NCBI GenBank assembly: GCA_030141605.1
Contig: JAQGDQ010000175.1
Span: 62,001-126,000, forward strand
Source of the DNA: Tubiluchus corallicola
Lineage: Eukaryota > Animalia > Priapulida
Direction of reading: 5' to 3'
Length of the DNA: 64,000 nt
A program made the translations under genes and the position numbers. Shown in pieces: positions 51,956-64,000 of the stretch (position 1 is the first letter of the stretch; every line of letters begins with the position of its first letter). The notes under the pieces are model-generated. The model did not search any database, was not told the DNA's origin, and saw only the letters and a program-made list of their open reading frames with translations.

Positions 51956-54823
51956 CTATTCTGACACAGAGTTGGCTGCATCTGTGACGCTGTCAGCTAG
52001 CTCTGCCTGCTTGTTTTGAACTGAAAATTCGTCCTCAGCTGGCAAAGATTTTGCTTCAATGGACACTGTCCTCGGTAAAGGACCCCTCATAACTGGCACA
52101 TCCGTAGGCAAGACATTACCCTGTTCAGATGCTGATAAATTACTTGAAGTGGAGGCAGTAGTTACCTCAATGCTAACAGATCTAGCAGTAGTAGAATGGA
52201 CTCTTCCATATGTCACAACTCCTAGAGTAGAAGTAGTAACTTTCTCTCCTTGTGCATTTTCATCATTAGCATTTATACTGACTTGTATTTCTTGCCCAGA
52301 ATTTGCTGCAGTGCTTCCTCCAGTATCAGAAGCATGAATCTCTTCAATGTCAGCAGCTTGAATTTCTTGAAGAGAATTGCCTGAAGCACATTCTTCAATG
52401 TCAGGAAGTTGCTCTTCTTGCCCAGAATTCGCTTCATTTGTATCAAAATCTTGTCCTCCAGGACTATCGACAAACATTGGCTCTTCAGTGTTAGAATCAT
52501 GAGCTTGGATCTCTTCCATTTTTTCTGAATCTTCTGAGCTAGATTCATATGGGTCACAAGATTCACAAAACCAAGAATAGCCACGAACTTTGGGATTTTT
52601 CTTTAATGGCGGGTTGACACAGCCAAAATGAAATGTCTGGTGACAACCGTCACAACGAATTAGATCAGCATTTGATCCTTCAGCTCCACATTTGTCACAT
52701 TCAACAAGGTTGTCAACTTCCTTTATGTGTCTTTCAGTTCTTCCTCGTTTTTTCAACGTAAAGTCTATTATGAAATCTGAAGACTGCTTTGATTCATCAC
52801 TTCCAGCATCATCTTTGACAAAAATGATATCATCGTGTGGCTTGATCAATTTTTTCTTTGACTTTCTCTGCTTTCCAAGGACAATCTTTTGCTTTTTAAG
52901 CCCTTCGTCTCTAGCTTTATGAGAATAATTAGGCTCAAACTTTTGTGGCTCTTTAATGACCTGGCGCAGCTGTCTTGGTGCATCTATGTCAATCACTTTC
53001 GGAGGAGCATCGTCATCACTGCTAGATGTAGGACAGCAAGACTTGCACTGCCAACCATACAACTTTGATTTCTTGGGCATTCTTGTCAAAGGTGGATCAA
53101 GGCATGCTAAATGGTAATACTTAAGACATGTGTCGCACTGTACTAACTGATGCTGGTCATGTGACGTGTCACAAACTGAACATGTGTGCATTATAACCGG
53201 AAAATGAAAGATTTTCTTGCGTTCTTTCTGTACTGGTATTTGAACAGGCATGAGAACTTCAGGCAGCTCCAAATCTTTTTTAAAGAATTTGCACAGCCAA
53301 GCATGATATTGTTCAGCATCTTGACTAAGTGCAGTGCCATCAGCCTTCAAGTTTTCAAACTCAGACTGCAGTAGGTCATACTGAGAACGAATAGAAGCCT
53401 GTTGACTCTTCAATAATTTGTTCATTTCTATTTGTTTGTCAACACCAGTTTTCATAGCTTTCATTCTTTCAATTCGATCTAAATAATAGCAGATGAATTC
53501 AGTAGTGAAAGCTACAGGGATATGCCACTTCTTTCTAATATCAGCAAGTTCATCTTGAGATCCGTGCCTGGCATGTACCGTATCAGCATTAACCCCAAGT
53601 AGTTCAGCCTTTCTAACAAGCTTGCGACAAGCAGATGGACAAGTGGTAAGCAAGCGTGGCATCTTTTCGGCAGGAACCCCACTAGCCGGCCAATGCGATT
53701 TTTGCTTTAAATATTTATTCTTTGCACGAGTCAATTTTCTTTTAAATCGAAATATCTCTCCTGATGTTTTATTTTCCCACTGATTTTTCTCACTGCTTAA
53801 TTTACATTGAGACTGAAGAGCCAGCCAATTACGTCGCTTGCTAGTTGCTTGCGCTTTATCTGCATGTAATTTACAGTAAGAATAAAATGGGTCAGCTATG
53901 TCCTCAGCTTGCACAGCTTCAGACAGTAATCCATTCTTTTGAGCACAAGTAACGTGGAAATAGTTCTTGCACATTCCTGCGTCACATTTTATACATATGC
54001 CAGTACGACTGAAACGATCATCTTCACATAAGCAACATTCCCTGGCACCCCATTTTGTGTGTGGCAACTCTAACAATGTCACTGGACTGAGCCTATCCAC
54101 ATCACCAAATGCAATTCCTGGTGTATATAGGGCACAAACCAAATGCACCCACTCATCTGTATCAGTTTCTTTCAGAATGCCACCGAAATTCGGGCAAAGT
54201 TCACAGTTGGAACTACTTGCTCCAGCACGGCACGAGTCACAAAACCAAGGTTCAGTAGAGCAAGAAGAAGTAGTACTGGCTTCAGATAACGAATCAGCAA
54301 TGCCATAACATCCCTCATGCACAGACATTCCACAACCATCACATTCAACAATCTCATCGTTTGGTTCACTAATGTCGCCTAAGCACACGCAGCAAATCTT
54401 AACATCAACAGGCTTTTTGAAACCACTATTGGATGCTATACGTACGCGTGCATTCTGTTGTCGCTCCTTCGCTTTCTCTAAGAGCTCATTCAGGGATGCT
54501 GTTTTAGGAACAGATGTAGCAGACTCACTAGTTGCCTCACGATCTCCTTCATCCAAATCCTGAGATGATTCAGATTTTTCTTCACTTGTATCAGATCTAT
54601 TCTCACTTGTTTCCTCTCTGATTTCAAAATCGCTATCATCATCACTATCATCCAAACCTCCAAAATCAAGCTGTAGTAGATGTGCTTCAACTGGCTTCAC
54701 GCGGCGCTTTTTTGGATCTCTAGCATGCATTGCTCGGTACAGGAAGTCAACTTCTTCAGGCACATCTTCAGCAAGATGATCAATTTCTACCACACTACCA
54801 TCACAAGAGTCTTTACTTGACAT
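51956..54823 (-). CDS. PHF14: PHD finger protein 14, single coding exon (~955 aa)
   Basis: Uninterrupted ORF: N-terminal RDPKKRRVKPV..DDSDF, PHD1 (ICCVCLGD..EIVECDGCGMSVHEGCYG..STEPWFCDSC), zinc knuckle/ePHD (CELCPNFGGILKETD..WVHLVCALYTPG..FHVTCAQKNGLL..YCKLH), coiled coil, PHD3 (YHLACLDPPLTRMPKK..WQC), PHD4 (FHFGCVNPPLKKNPK..WFC). Start placed at MSSKD (54823) because a pyrimidine tract/CAG acceptor lies at 54826-54847; the track start 54898 is probably intronic. Confidence 0.95.
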   Translation of the reverse strand: MSSKDSCDGSVVEIDHLAEDVPEEVDFLYRAMHARDPKKRRVKPVEAHLLQLDFGGLDDSDDDSDFEIREETSENRSDTSEEKSESSQDLDEGDREATSESATSVPKTASLNELLEKAKERQQNARVRIASNSGFKKPVDVKICCVCLGDISEPNDEIVECDGCGMSVHEGCYGIADSLSEASTTSSCSTEPWFCDSCRAGASSSNCELCPNFGGILKETDTDEWVHLVCALYTPGIAFGDVDRLSPVTLLELPHTKWGARECCLCEDDRFSRTGICIKCDAGMCKNYFHVTCAQKNGLLSEAVQAEDIADPFYSYCKLHADKAQATSKRRNWLALQSQCKLSSEKNQWENKTSGEIFRFKRKLTRAKNKYLKQKSHWPASGVPAEKMPRLLTTCPSACRKLVRKAELLGVNADTVHARHGSQDELADIRKKWHIPVAFTTEFICYYLDRIERMKAMKTGVDKQIEMNKLLKSQQASIRSQYDLLQSEFENLKADGTALSQDAEQYHAWLCKFFKKDLELPEVLMPVQIPVQKERKKIFHFPVIMHTCSVCDTSHDQHQLVQCDTCLKYYHLACLDPPLTRMPKKSKLYGWQCKSCCPTSSSDDDAPPKVIDIDAPRQLRQVIKEPQKFEPNYSHKARDEGLKKQKIVLGKQRKSKKKLIKPHDDIIFVKDDAGSDESKQSSDFIIDFTLKKRGRTERHIKEVDNLVECDKCGAEGSNADLIRCDGCHQTFHFGCVNPPLKKNPKVRGYSWFCESCDPYESSSEDSEKMEEIQAHDSNTEEPMFVDSPGGQDFDTNEANSGQEEQLPDIEECASGNSLQEIQAADIEEIHASDTGGSTAANSGQEIQVSINANDENAQGEKVTTSTLGVVTYGRVHSTTARSVSIEVTTASTSSNLSASEQGNVLPTDVPVMRGPLPRTVSIEAKSLPAEDEFSVQNKQAELADSVTDAANSVSE

Positions 54824-55994
54824 GCCTGCAAAGAACTGAAACAAAAATACTGAATTATTTTGACTGCAGTGATTGATTCTCATTTCATGCTCTTTCACAT
54901 TAATAATTACAAAGAGAAGTAAACCAAGCTATGAAGGTTGCATAATTCTAGTTCAACATATAGACTTGTAGATGGTAGCGCAAGTCCGCATGGTACCGCA
55001 CAAACATTCACTGGAATTATCGAAAACTCGGCTCAATTCAGAATGAATTTTAATATCCTAGCTTTATGTTAATGACCAAAAACAAGTCATATGCAGACAA
55101 TTTTTTTCAAAATTGAACCCTTGTAAAACAACTACTTATACACTTATATGGTATATTGATCCATGTACATTACTTCGTAATTAAAATACTGAAACGTGGT
55201 GAAATATAAACATATTTTAAAGCACGCTTAATGCACAGAAAACTCAAGATACACTGCAATACATCCTACACTAACAAAAAACCCTAGTCCTTCACCCATG
55301 CATGCAAACTGGCAACTAGTAATACGAAATTTAAATTCACTTAGTTCCCTTATCTATGCTGGAATAACTGTAGACAACCGACATTGCTAGCACGTGTGCA
55401 AAAATCATTGTTATTTTGAATTTATTGTCTACTACTTTCTTCTTTTAGGTGGAGTAATTTGAGTAACTGACATGGCCACAAAACAACCACGAAAAATTTT
55501 TCAGCACAACTTGCCAACATATAACGTATAGACAAGCAAAGTAAAGTTTCGACAATTTTAAAAAATCGTCATATTGCATTTTCACTTTTATTTCGTGGTG
55601 AGACAATGCGACTAAAATAAATTACTGAAAGTTTTTTGTGCACAAAACATATTTAGAAAAAGTCATAGAAAAGGTTTACTAGGATGCGTATGGTAAAAGG
55701 GTAAAATGCAAAAGACCGGTCTGGGGGTAATTTTTTACCTCCCGATGACCCTATAAAGGCTAAAATTGTGTGGCACTAACTGATGCAATACCAGAAAATT
55801 CAGCCCTGCATTACAGGATTTATGCAAGGTGACACAAATAATCTGTAATATAACAAAAGTAGAACTGTAATGACCAGGTTCAATGTAAGTTTAGCCTTAG
55901 TTATTTAATTTGCCTAGCATATAAAGAAGAATGAAATGCAATATCAACTTGCATCACTTAAGACATTATTATTACTACTATACTAGTAGTAGTA

Positions 55995-58900
55995 GGGTGG
56001 CTGAACGAAAATTGTAGAGCGCGCCACCATAGCCGCAAGCGTGCTCATTTGATAGAGCTATGAGCATATAGTTAATTAAAAAAAAACCAGATTTAAAGTA
56101 ATTAGTTTGTTTTGAAATGGCGGTCAGTTAAAGTTAAAAAAAAACGCTCGAGTTTTGGGAGTAAGAAAAAATGACTAAGTCCGGTTTGAGCAAAAAGTTA
56201 AAAATTGTACTTTTAGCATTCTATTATTTATAACTAAAAATTCCAAATACAGGTTTTAGTATGTTAGTGTTGTTAAATGGAGTGCATTGCACGAGAAGTA
56301 ATCATATCAAGTTATATGGCAACATAGTATTCGTTTTTCCAGCATCCAAAATTCATCCAAATGATGTTTTACCTTAACAGGTGTGAAAATGGACCTTTTA
56401 CAAAAGTGTGCTAACTTGTCAACTTTAGAGTGTTATAAAAGATGCTAATTCAACTGGTAGTTAATTGTTAATATGACTTTTGGTAGCTCAGTGTACATAG
56501 AACAGATATTCATAAACACTTTGCACCTTCAGATTTATGCTAGGGAAAATTTTTACAGGAAAAACCGGGAAAACAGCATTTTCATGAGTATTACTAAATT
56601 TACGATATGAAAACTATGCGTTTTAGACAGTGGGATTTAGTTGGTTACACATAGCCATTGAAGTGATTTTTCTGTGTTTAGTGCCAAGTCCATGTTTTCC
56701 TCTTGTACAGGTAAAAATCTATGATGAAGAAACTCCGTTGTCATGGCAACACATTAATTAATTCTTTGTAGAACTAATCCAAGAGCATTTTAAAGGTATT
56801 TTGTTCAAAAATAATACCTTAAATCTGCAATCTTTTATCATAGGGCATGTACTACCTTGATTACACCTGTTTTAATGCATTGATGACCTACTTCCAGGCA
56901 CATCTAATTGATATTTTTATCATTTTTGTTACTTCATGGTATAATATAAATGTTAACCAAATCATAATTAATGATGTGTGTTTTAGTACCCAAGAACGGT
57001 TTTGTATTTTTGTTATGTACGTATAATGAAATTTTTCTAGTGTGAAAGCTGCATGGCAAGTTTGCAATTTCCAGGTACATCTAATCGACAGTGCATGTAT
57101 TTTTGGATGTAGTTAAATGTACTGTTAGCTCAGTAGGATTAACTGCCTGCAATGAAATGTCTTGTAACATTATCTGAGATACAAAATTGCCAAATACAGT
57201 TATTGCAATATGACTGTGTGCTGTAACTTGCAATATATGTAGCTTACAATTCCTGTTTCTCAATTTCAAATGTGTACTAGATTTTAACTTGCCTAGAATA
57301 TGTTCATTGTATATTATGTCCCATACAAATCGTACACTAGGGTTTTGCAGCAGATCTATTAGCAATTTATTTTTCTTGTATTTGCTCACTACTTTTTTTT
57401 TGCTCTGCTATTAGTCAAGTTCATTCTTCAATTTTTTTGTTTTTTTATTTTACTGCTAGGTAAAGTCAAAAATGACAAAAGTTAAAAAATAACTAAAACT
57501 TAACTTGTAATAATAGAAAGTAAATTTATTATAAATAATGATGTTAACTACACAAAATATTCATATCTGATTTCTTTTTACAGTATATTATACAATTTTT
57601 GTACTACTTTCTTAATATGAAGGTTTTAATGAATTAATGACAGACTACGCCTAGTTATCAAACTTGGGTAAAAATGGAAAACGAAAAGTAAAATTATTGC
57701 AAGTAAACCTGATATGGGTTTTTTGGATACAAGCACAACATCCAACTACAAGAAGTCTAAGATGCACCCACTCCTGCTGAGTATGTCTTCATGGTTGATT
57801 GCTCAGTTTTTAGGACAGATAAGATTGAAGAAACGAAGACTTAGTTAAAATGAATAGTGGTTCAAATATTGGGTTGGTAAAATATATGACTATAAATTTA
57901 TCATAGTAAAGTATAAAAGTATTTTACTAAAATTTGAATTTTCTGCACAAGAGATGCTACTGATTTAAGCTTACTTTTGACAACAAGCATTTACAGGCTA
58001 ATTTACAAAAGTTTACATGTTTGAAACCTTTGATTTTTAAAATAGTACGTTAGATCTCAAAAATGTCAGCGGGTTTATTAATTATCTGATCTTGAACTCC
58101 AAATTCAAATGTTGATCTTTTAGCGGTTGTATAACGCAAAATGAAGATGACACTATAATAACTTTACTGGTCTGCAGGGTTCCACTAGGTTAGATAAGAT
58201 TTGCAAAAGCCTAAAAAAACAAGTTTTCAATATTTGAGTTTCTCATAATTATTCTTTAACATCATAATAAATATCAAAATTAATAGTTTTGTTTATCATA
58301 GTTTTGTTGACTGGAAAACCTTTAGCCAAAACTAAAGTTTAGTCAAAATAGTTAATGAAAATATGAAGTAATTAAATTCTTGGCAAATAAATACCTTAGT
58401 ACTTTAACCTGCTTTCATTATAATGTGGCTAACATAACACAAAAACGGCTAAAATATTGGCTGCACATAATAATTTTGGGAGTGTGAGGTGATTCTGGTT
58501 GGATATACACAGTAAATTTTAGAGCATCTAATGAATTTATTAGCAATTGACTTTAAGGCATAATAATTTTGAACTGGTAGCCAATGTGCAAACAATAGAA
58601 TTCAATGTAGTAGCAAAGGTCTTGTGATTAAAACAAAAAATAACATAAAAAACTAAAATGTGTATTTAAAATTCTTTTAGACAAAGCAGTTGTTTTAGAA
58701 GCTACAGCTAATGCTTTCACAAGTAATTTCAGCTCGAGTAATAAGCAAAACTTTACCTGTATTAGCTAGGCCCAAACAAAGTATCCTTAAATTTAAAAAG
58801 CATTTGAACCAATGTTACAGCGATAAAGTACTTTTGAGGTGAAATTAATTAATCAGTATAAACTTTTAGGTTTGATCTTTAAAAATAACTTCATACAACT

Positions 58901-59871
58901 GGTTGCAAGCACATTAAAATGTCAAAAATTAGTCAAACAATAAAAAAACTGTAGTAGAACTTTAACAAATACCATATAAGAAGCGCAAGTACAAATGTAA
59001 GCAAGAATACAAGCACAAGAAGACACAAAGCGAATACAGGTACAGTAGTAGACACGGCGAATACAGGTACAGTAGTAAACAACAAAAGCTCAATAAACCA
59101 GGGAAGCATACTCTTGCAGTTAAATAAGTTCCATCTTTTGATATTGGCTTTCACAATACATATTTCAGGCGCTGCGCCCATCTACAATGTATTTACTGCC
59201 AGCAACCAATCGCAAAGCGTCTTGTCACAGCTCAAGCTGTACATGACATCACCCGAATTGTCCAATCAGCGAGGAGGCAAAGGAGAAGTTTTCATTACAA
59301 ACTGCGTTCTCTAAATGGACAAATGCGGCCCGGACTAACTCATTTTATCCAATCATTACGTGTTTTAGAATTAAGATAACACATTTAAGAATATTTTTAT
59401 AAGCGAACCAATAAGATTTCCACTCTTTGAAGGCTTAATACCGCAGTGCGTGTACCGCTATTTTGACGGACAAAATGTTGTAATTTAATTGTGGTTCGGG
59501 TCTCAAAAAAATTGGCCGACCTTTTTTACCCAGGTAAGGCTGATAATATCGAAAATGAAGCTGTTAGTCCGGGCCGCAAATTGATTTGAAAATACCCACT
59601 GAAATTTTTAAATCGGGGCCATTTTTGATTTCACGCTGACGGTCGATTGCAGTAAAGCCGTTTTTGACAACTTCACAAGTTTCCTGCTCAAAACTTAGGA
59701 CAGTACGGAAAATTAAATTTCGGTAGATAAAAGACCGACAACAGTAGCTTAACTGTATTAATTTGATTTTTAATTTACTTTCATATTGTTTGAAAACTGG
59801 TAACCGAAATATGCCAGAAAATGATGTTCTACCTTCATCTCCCGCAATATGGCGGCGCGCGTCAGCCACCC
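55995..59871. mobile_element. ~3.9 kb putative cut-and-paste element inserted in a (TAG)n tract
   Basis: Ends TAGGGTGGCTGA ... TCAGCCACCCTA, continuing imperfectly (CGCGCCACCATA / TATGGCGGCGCG); TAGTAGTA on both flanks; no intact transposase recognised. Confidence 0.6.
59200..59415. promoter_or_regulatory. Cluster of four CCAAT boxes in a CpG-richer patch
   Basis: AACCAATCGC ~59204, TCCAATCAGC ~59261, TCCAATCATT ~59348, ACCAATAAGA ~59407, all in the same orientation. Confidence 0.4.
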
Positions 59872-60568
59872 TAGTAGTAGTACTACTGTATTTGTAGCAT
59901 TACTTTATCAGTGAATTTTATTGAAACTTACTGAAAAAAATTAGTTAGTTCAGCTACCAGTAACCAGATAATACAAATATTATTAGTTTTATTATTTTAA
60001 GATAGTCGATTTTTGTTTCCTTTACAGCTTCAAAGTAAGTTATATAGTTTGTCCATCCCGCCGACTCAGATATTAATAAAAATGTGTTATATATCCTCTC
60101 GCGCCGTTCTAGGTTATCACTTACCATAACGGTGAGCACGTTGTAATATGGTAGTGTAACAAAACAGTTACTGCACATAAATAGTAGTGGATTCATTGAG
60201 GAGGTGCCCTTCGTGGATTAGTCATACCGGGTACGGTACATCGAAGGCACTAATATCAACATCTCCACATCAAAAGACCTCTAGTGCATCACACCTACCT
60301 TTGTCAATTTATGATTCGATAACCAAAATTTAGTCAAACTGATATAGCAATCTAACAACAAAGTCTTCAAAATCTATTTTAATACCAGAGTAAACCTGAA
60401 TACGCAGCAAAGTAGCAAGTTACCAGTAACTAATAAAGCGAAGCAACTTGCAAAAGACGCCACCTTGCACAAAGATGTGTGATTGTTGTGATTTCCGTAA
60501 TTGCCCAAGACTGACTTTATATTGTAGTAAACTGATAATTTTAACTGCAGTACGTAGCTGTTCGCAAC

Positions 60569-60922
60569 TAGGCGTGGGCATCGAACGTTCGAGTTCGAAT
60601 CGAATTCGAACGCTCGAATTCGATTCGAACGAGTTTTTTAGTTCGAACTCGATTTGAATCGAAAACTATAGATTCGAATAATTTAGCACTTCAATCACAC
60701 ATGTTCTTTATCACTAAAACAATTGAAACATCATGCAATTAGCATAATTTAGCTGTGATTTCTGCACACAATTTCAAAGAAATTACTAGTCGTTTTATTG
60801 CAGAACAAAATCTAGTGATATGCATGATCTTTGTAAGACTAACTTGTTCGAAAATCTTTCGATCTCAATTCGAATTCGGTTCGAATTCGAATTCGCTTTC
60901 TGGTAGAGAATGCTCACCCCTA
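60569..60922. mobile_element. 354-bp hAT-type MITE with TTCGAA-rich subterminal repeats
   Basis: TIRs TAGGCGTGGGCAT / ATGCTCACCCCTA; perfect 8-bp TSD TTCGCAAC at 60561-60568 and 60923-60930. Confidence 0.88.
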
Positions 60923-62559
60923 TTCGCAACAAGCCTAGACATAATCTTTCGCCAGAGGATAACAAAAACAACAAGTAACAGTACTGAACAATTCATTACA
61001 TCAAAGGGTTGGTGTATCAATAGAGGCACTGTCATGTCCTCATTGTCTCTCACAAGTCACAGCTGGCCTGCAATTTTGAGGGGTATCAGTATGAGTATCA
61101 GCAAGAAGATTTAACAAAATGCCCAAAAATTCACTGGAGCTCAACCAAAAGAACCACACCCTGAATGAACGAGCTATGGCGAAGTTTTTGCAAATCTTGC
61201 TGAAGTGCAGTTTTCACACCTGTGTGGGGTTGTGGGCATAGTATAATACAACGCTATAACAGTGAAAAAACTACAAAAATTTGCAATGATAATTTGAATA
61301 GTGTGAACTATTCCCAGATGCAAAGCCTTAATATATTCGTATCTAGTGCACAGTATAATAATTCGAGAAAGCTACAATTTGCTATTTACAACTTCCATTT
61401 TAATAATGGTCCGTTTATACTGAGAGTTTTCTTCTCTAAGTAGAATTGCTTTTTGTGGTTTCAAGTTGCATCATCTATAGAAAATAATTATGGTTTCTCT
61501 GTAGACACCCAATCGCAAGTGGGCTTTGGTGCATCGCGAACAAAGTCTTGCTGCAGCAGAATCAAAGTCTGTACACACGTCCTTACTAAGTGTACAATGG
61601 CTGATAAAGTGGAAACAATTATACAATTATATATACCCGAATCTCACTCAGAATAAATCCATAGGCAAGCCCTGACTGTTGTTCTTTATTGTACAGTAAT
61701 AATGTAACACCTAATTAACAATGATTGTGAATGCTATTTCTGGATAGGATTGCCCTATTCAGCTAAGTATAAAACAGCATCTCGTTGTGTTCGGTAACTG
61801 GAATTTTCAATTAGGGTAGGTTCTCGCTGTTATTTCAAATACTTCAAATGGACTAGTGCAAAAACAAATAAACAAAAACAAAAATGGTGAATGTTTTAGA
61901 AAGTATAACTAGGCTACCAAATTGTGGCTGGCCGATTGAGGAAGGAAAGAAATATAGGCATTGAAAAAAAAGGTGGCAACAGTGTTGCATAAAATGAAAA
62001 AACGTGAAACAAGAATACATGAAAAAAATGCGTGAATGAAAAAGTCTAAATATTTGTAGCTATCATCAAACAGGCCAATTGTTATAAATGATTGGGTTTC
62101 CTAATAGCAAATGTAGTGTTGAAAACGAACAAATTAGCAATGTGAAAACATTCTGCGTTATTGTCTACTGTGCAAACGGTTAACTCCCAGTACCACTCAC
62201 CCCCAGCTCGGTAGCCATGACTATTCGTATATGATCTATTTGTTCTTGTGCAAACTTGTGCATTTTCTATTATTATTATTGATAGCCTCAGCATAGACAC
62301 AGATTATTAATGTACAAGAAATCGTCTTATAACATCATTAAAGACAATTTAAACAATACGTTATGTAATGTCTTAAAATTTTTATTCCACATATTATAAA
62401 ACTATCAATACTGCATATATTAACGATATTCTGAATTTTGTAATTATCAGTTTGGAGGTTCGGGGATGGAAAATTGGAGATAGCACGTGTCACTACGAAT
62501 AAGCTGCCTAAAGTAACAACATAATGTGTAATGAAGACCACACCCTGTCACAAGTCTAA

Positions 62560-63080
62560 AACATAAAAAGAAATGAGTTTGATGAATTGGAAAGTATTCA
62601 AGGAAAGTCAATAAGAATTATGTTGGGAATGGCTAATACTATAAGTTTCTGGGGGTTATTATCAGAATTGGGAATTTGACCAGTTGTAGAACGTATTTGG
62701 TACAAAAAATTTATGTTTTATAGAGCTCTACTAATATCAGGAAGTGAAAGGTTAGCCAGGAAAGTTGTAGCACAGCAAATGAAATACCGGCATGATGACA
62801 ATTGGCATATTGAAGTTGAAATTATTGCAATCATTTATGGAATTAATATTGACAAGGAGTAATAAATGGGAACAGAAGGATTATTTTACAAAATTCAGTC
62901 AAGCAGAAGTTAAAAATATTTTGGATTTGAGTCTTAATATGGTCAAAGTAAAAGCAAATTTTAAGGGTTCATTTATAAGAAATTAAATATGTCCCATGTG
63001 CGAAAGTGAATTAGACATAACGTAACATTTATATGCTTGTAGCAAATGTAAAATAATTAACGAAATTCTAGGTGAAGTCT
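62560..63080 (+). mobile_element. Decayed 3' end of a non-LTR retrotransposon ORF2
   Basis: ELESIQGKSIRIMLGMANTISFWGLLSELGI*PVVERIWYKKFMFY.. then LNMVKVKANFK and CPMCESELDIT*HLYAC (CCHC knuckle); stops and frameshifts. Confidence 0.7.
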
Positions 63081-63787
63081 CAACAGAGGATGTTAAAAGC
63101 TGTTGTAGTGAGAATTTGTTGAAAGCATCAAAATATGTGAATGATTGTTTGCTTTATAGGAAAAACATTTTGAAGGAAGTTGGTGAAGTAACTTTAGAAG
63201 AAGAATAAGGGTGCTGCAGTGTTGAAGAACCCCTGCAATCGATTTCATCATTTGCCCATACAGGCGGAGAGGTGTGAGAGAAACCACAAAAACCACGGAA
63301 ACAACAAGTGATTAGCCCAAAAATAAACTGAATTTGAATCAACTTTAGGGACGCCCAAAATGCATTTCGCGGAATGAGGGTTTAGGTATCTAGTGCCTGT
63401 TTTTACAAATTTTAGTATTTTTATTGAATGTACGCACGGTTCTTACGAAATTAGTTAAAAACGTGTTAATTTGTTGCTGATAGGTTGGTATTAGCAACCA
63501 GTGACACGGACAAGTTTCGCAAATTCTAGCTTATTTGTATTTGCCTTTGCATCATTGTATGCATGTTACAGCGTGAATGTTCTGTTGGCCTTGTAGTGTT
63601 GCGCAAACCCTGCTTCCTTACGTTCACAGCAATCAGACTTGAACTTCTCGAGAAAAATTTGCTGTTATAAAATTTTCAAACTTAGTGACTTCTTTGGTTT
63701 TGTGACCTTGTCAGTTGCCATTTTGCTGTGAAAGTAGCAAAAATCTTGTCCTTTTATTAAAAGTATTAACTACACTTATTTAACAAT

Positions 63788-64000
63788 ATGTCGGGTGGAG
63801 CAGGAGACATTTCAATACCTGAAGACGGAAACTTTTCTGCACACAATGAATTTGAAATGGAAAATGAGAACAGTGATGAAACAGAGCCTGGAAAGCCAGA
63901 CACTGTCGTACACTTTTCTCTTCCTGAACGCATGCGACGTAAAGCAAAGCGGCCATCCAAATACTTGCAAAAGCTTGAAATGGGTATAGTGCAAGCAGCT
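63788..64000 (+). CDS. ORF of unknown product, open at window end (3' partial)
   Basis: ATG 63788 (AATATG) begins 71 stop-free codons MSGGAGDISIPEDGNFSAHNEFEMENENSDETEPGKPDTVVHFSLPERMRRKAKRPSKYLQKLEMGIVQAA; acidic then basic; missing from the track because it has no stop. Could be a host exon or a retrotransposon gag start. Confidence 0.4.
   Translation, partial: MSGGAGDISIPEDGNFSAHNEFEMENENSDETEPGKPDTVVHFSLPERMRRKAKRPSKYLQKLEMGIVQAA

Noticed and set aside
52059-54690. Short ORFs overlapping PHF14 on both strands
   Set aside because: Shadow frames of the long PHF14 ORF with no recognisable motifs.
54824-54898. N-terminal 25 codons of the 980-aa track ORF
   Set aside because: Contains a pyrimidine tract and CAG acceptor directly before MSSKD; probably intron.
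57081-57389. Transposase or host gene within the 3.9 kb element
   Set aside because: No DDE or other recognisable motif; only scattered Cys/His across frames.
60580-60680. Heat-shock element array
   Set aside because: GAA/TTC units mostly abut (TTCGAA) instead of the 2-nt spacing of nGAAn arrays; explained by MITE repeats.

Overview
AT-rich eukaryotic (animal, probably invertebrate) genomic DNA with spliced genes and many decayed transposons; not prokaryotic, so most short ORFs in the track are exon fragments or noise. Left to right: (1) last two exons of a trypsin-fold protein whose catalytic Ser is replaced (GDDGGP), with a decayed LINE in its last intron; (2) two intact, tandem 17-exon paralogues (~606 aa each, ~94% identical by hand count) of a DUF885-family protein with an N-terminal membrane anchor and HExxPGHH / EGWALY metallopeptidase-like motifs; (3) a 7-coding-exon heparan sulfate 2-O-sulfotransferase gene with a solo LTR nested in a decayed non-LTR element in intron 1; (4) a convergent PHF14 gene whose whole ~955-aa CDS is one exon; (5) a ~3.9 kb inverted-repeat-bounded element, a hAT MITE, a LINE 3' remnant and an ORF running off the right edge. 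The most interesting structure is the DUF885 pair: shared GC-AG intron, shared uORF, shared dead exon duplicate, patchy identity suggesting gene conversion, and two copy-2-specific fold-back palindromes, one a perfect 136-bp hairpin covering the dead exon duplicate. All exon models were built by eye from splice sites and frame continuity; family names come from motif recognition, not database searches.
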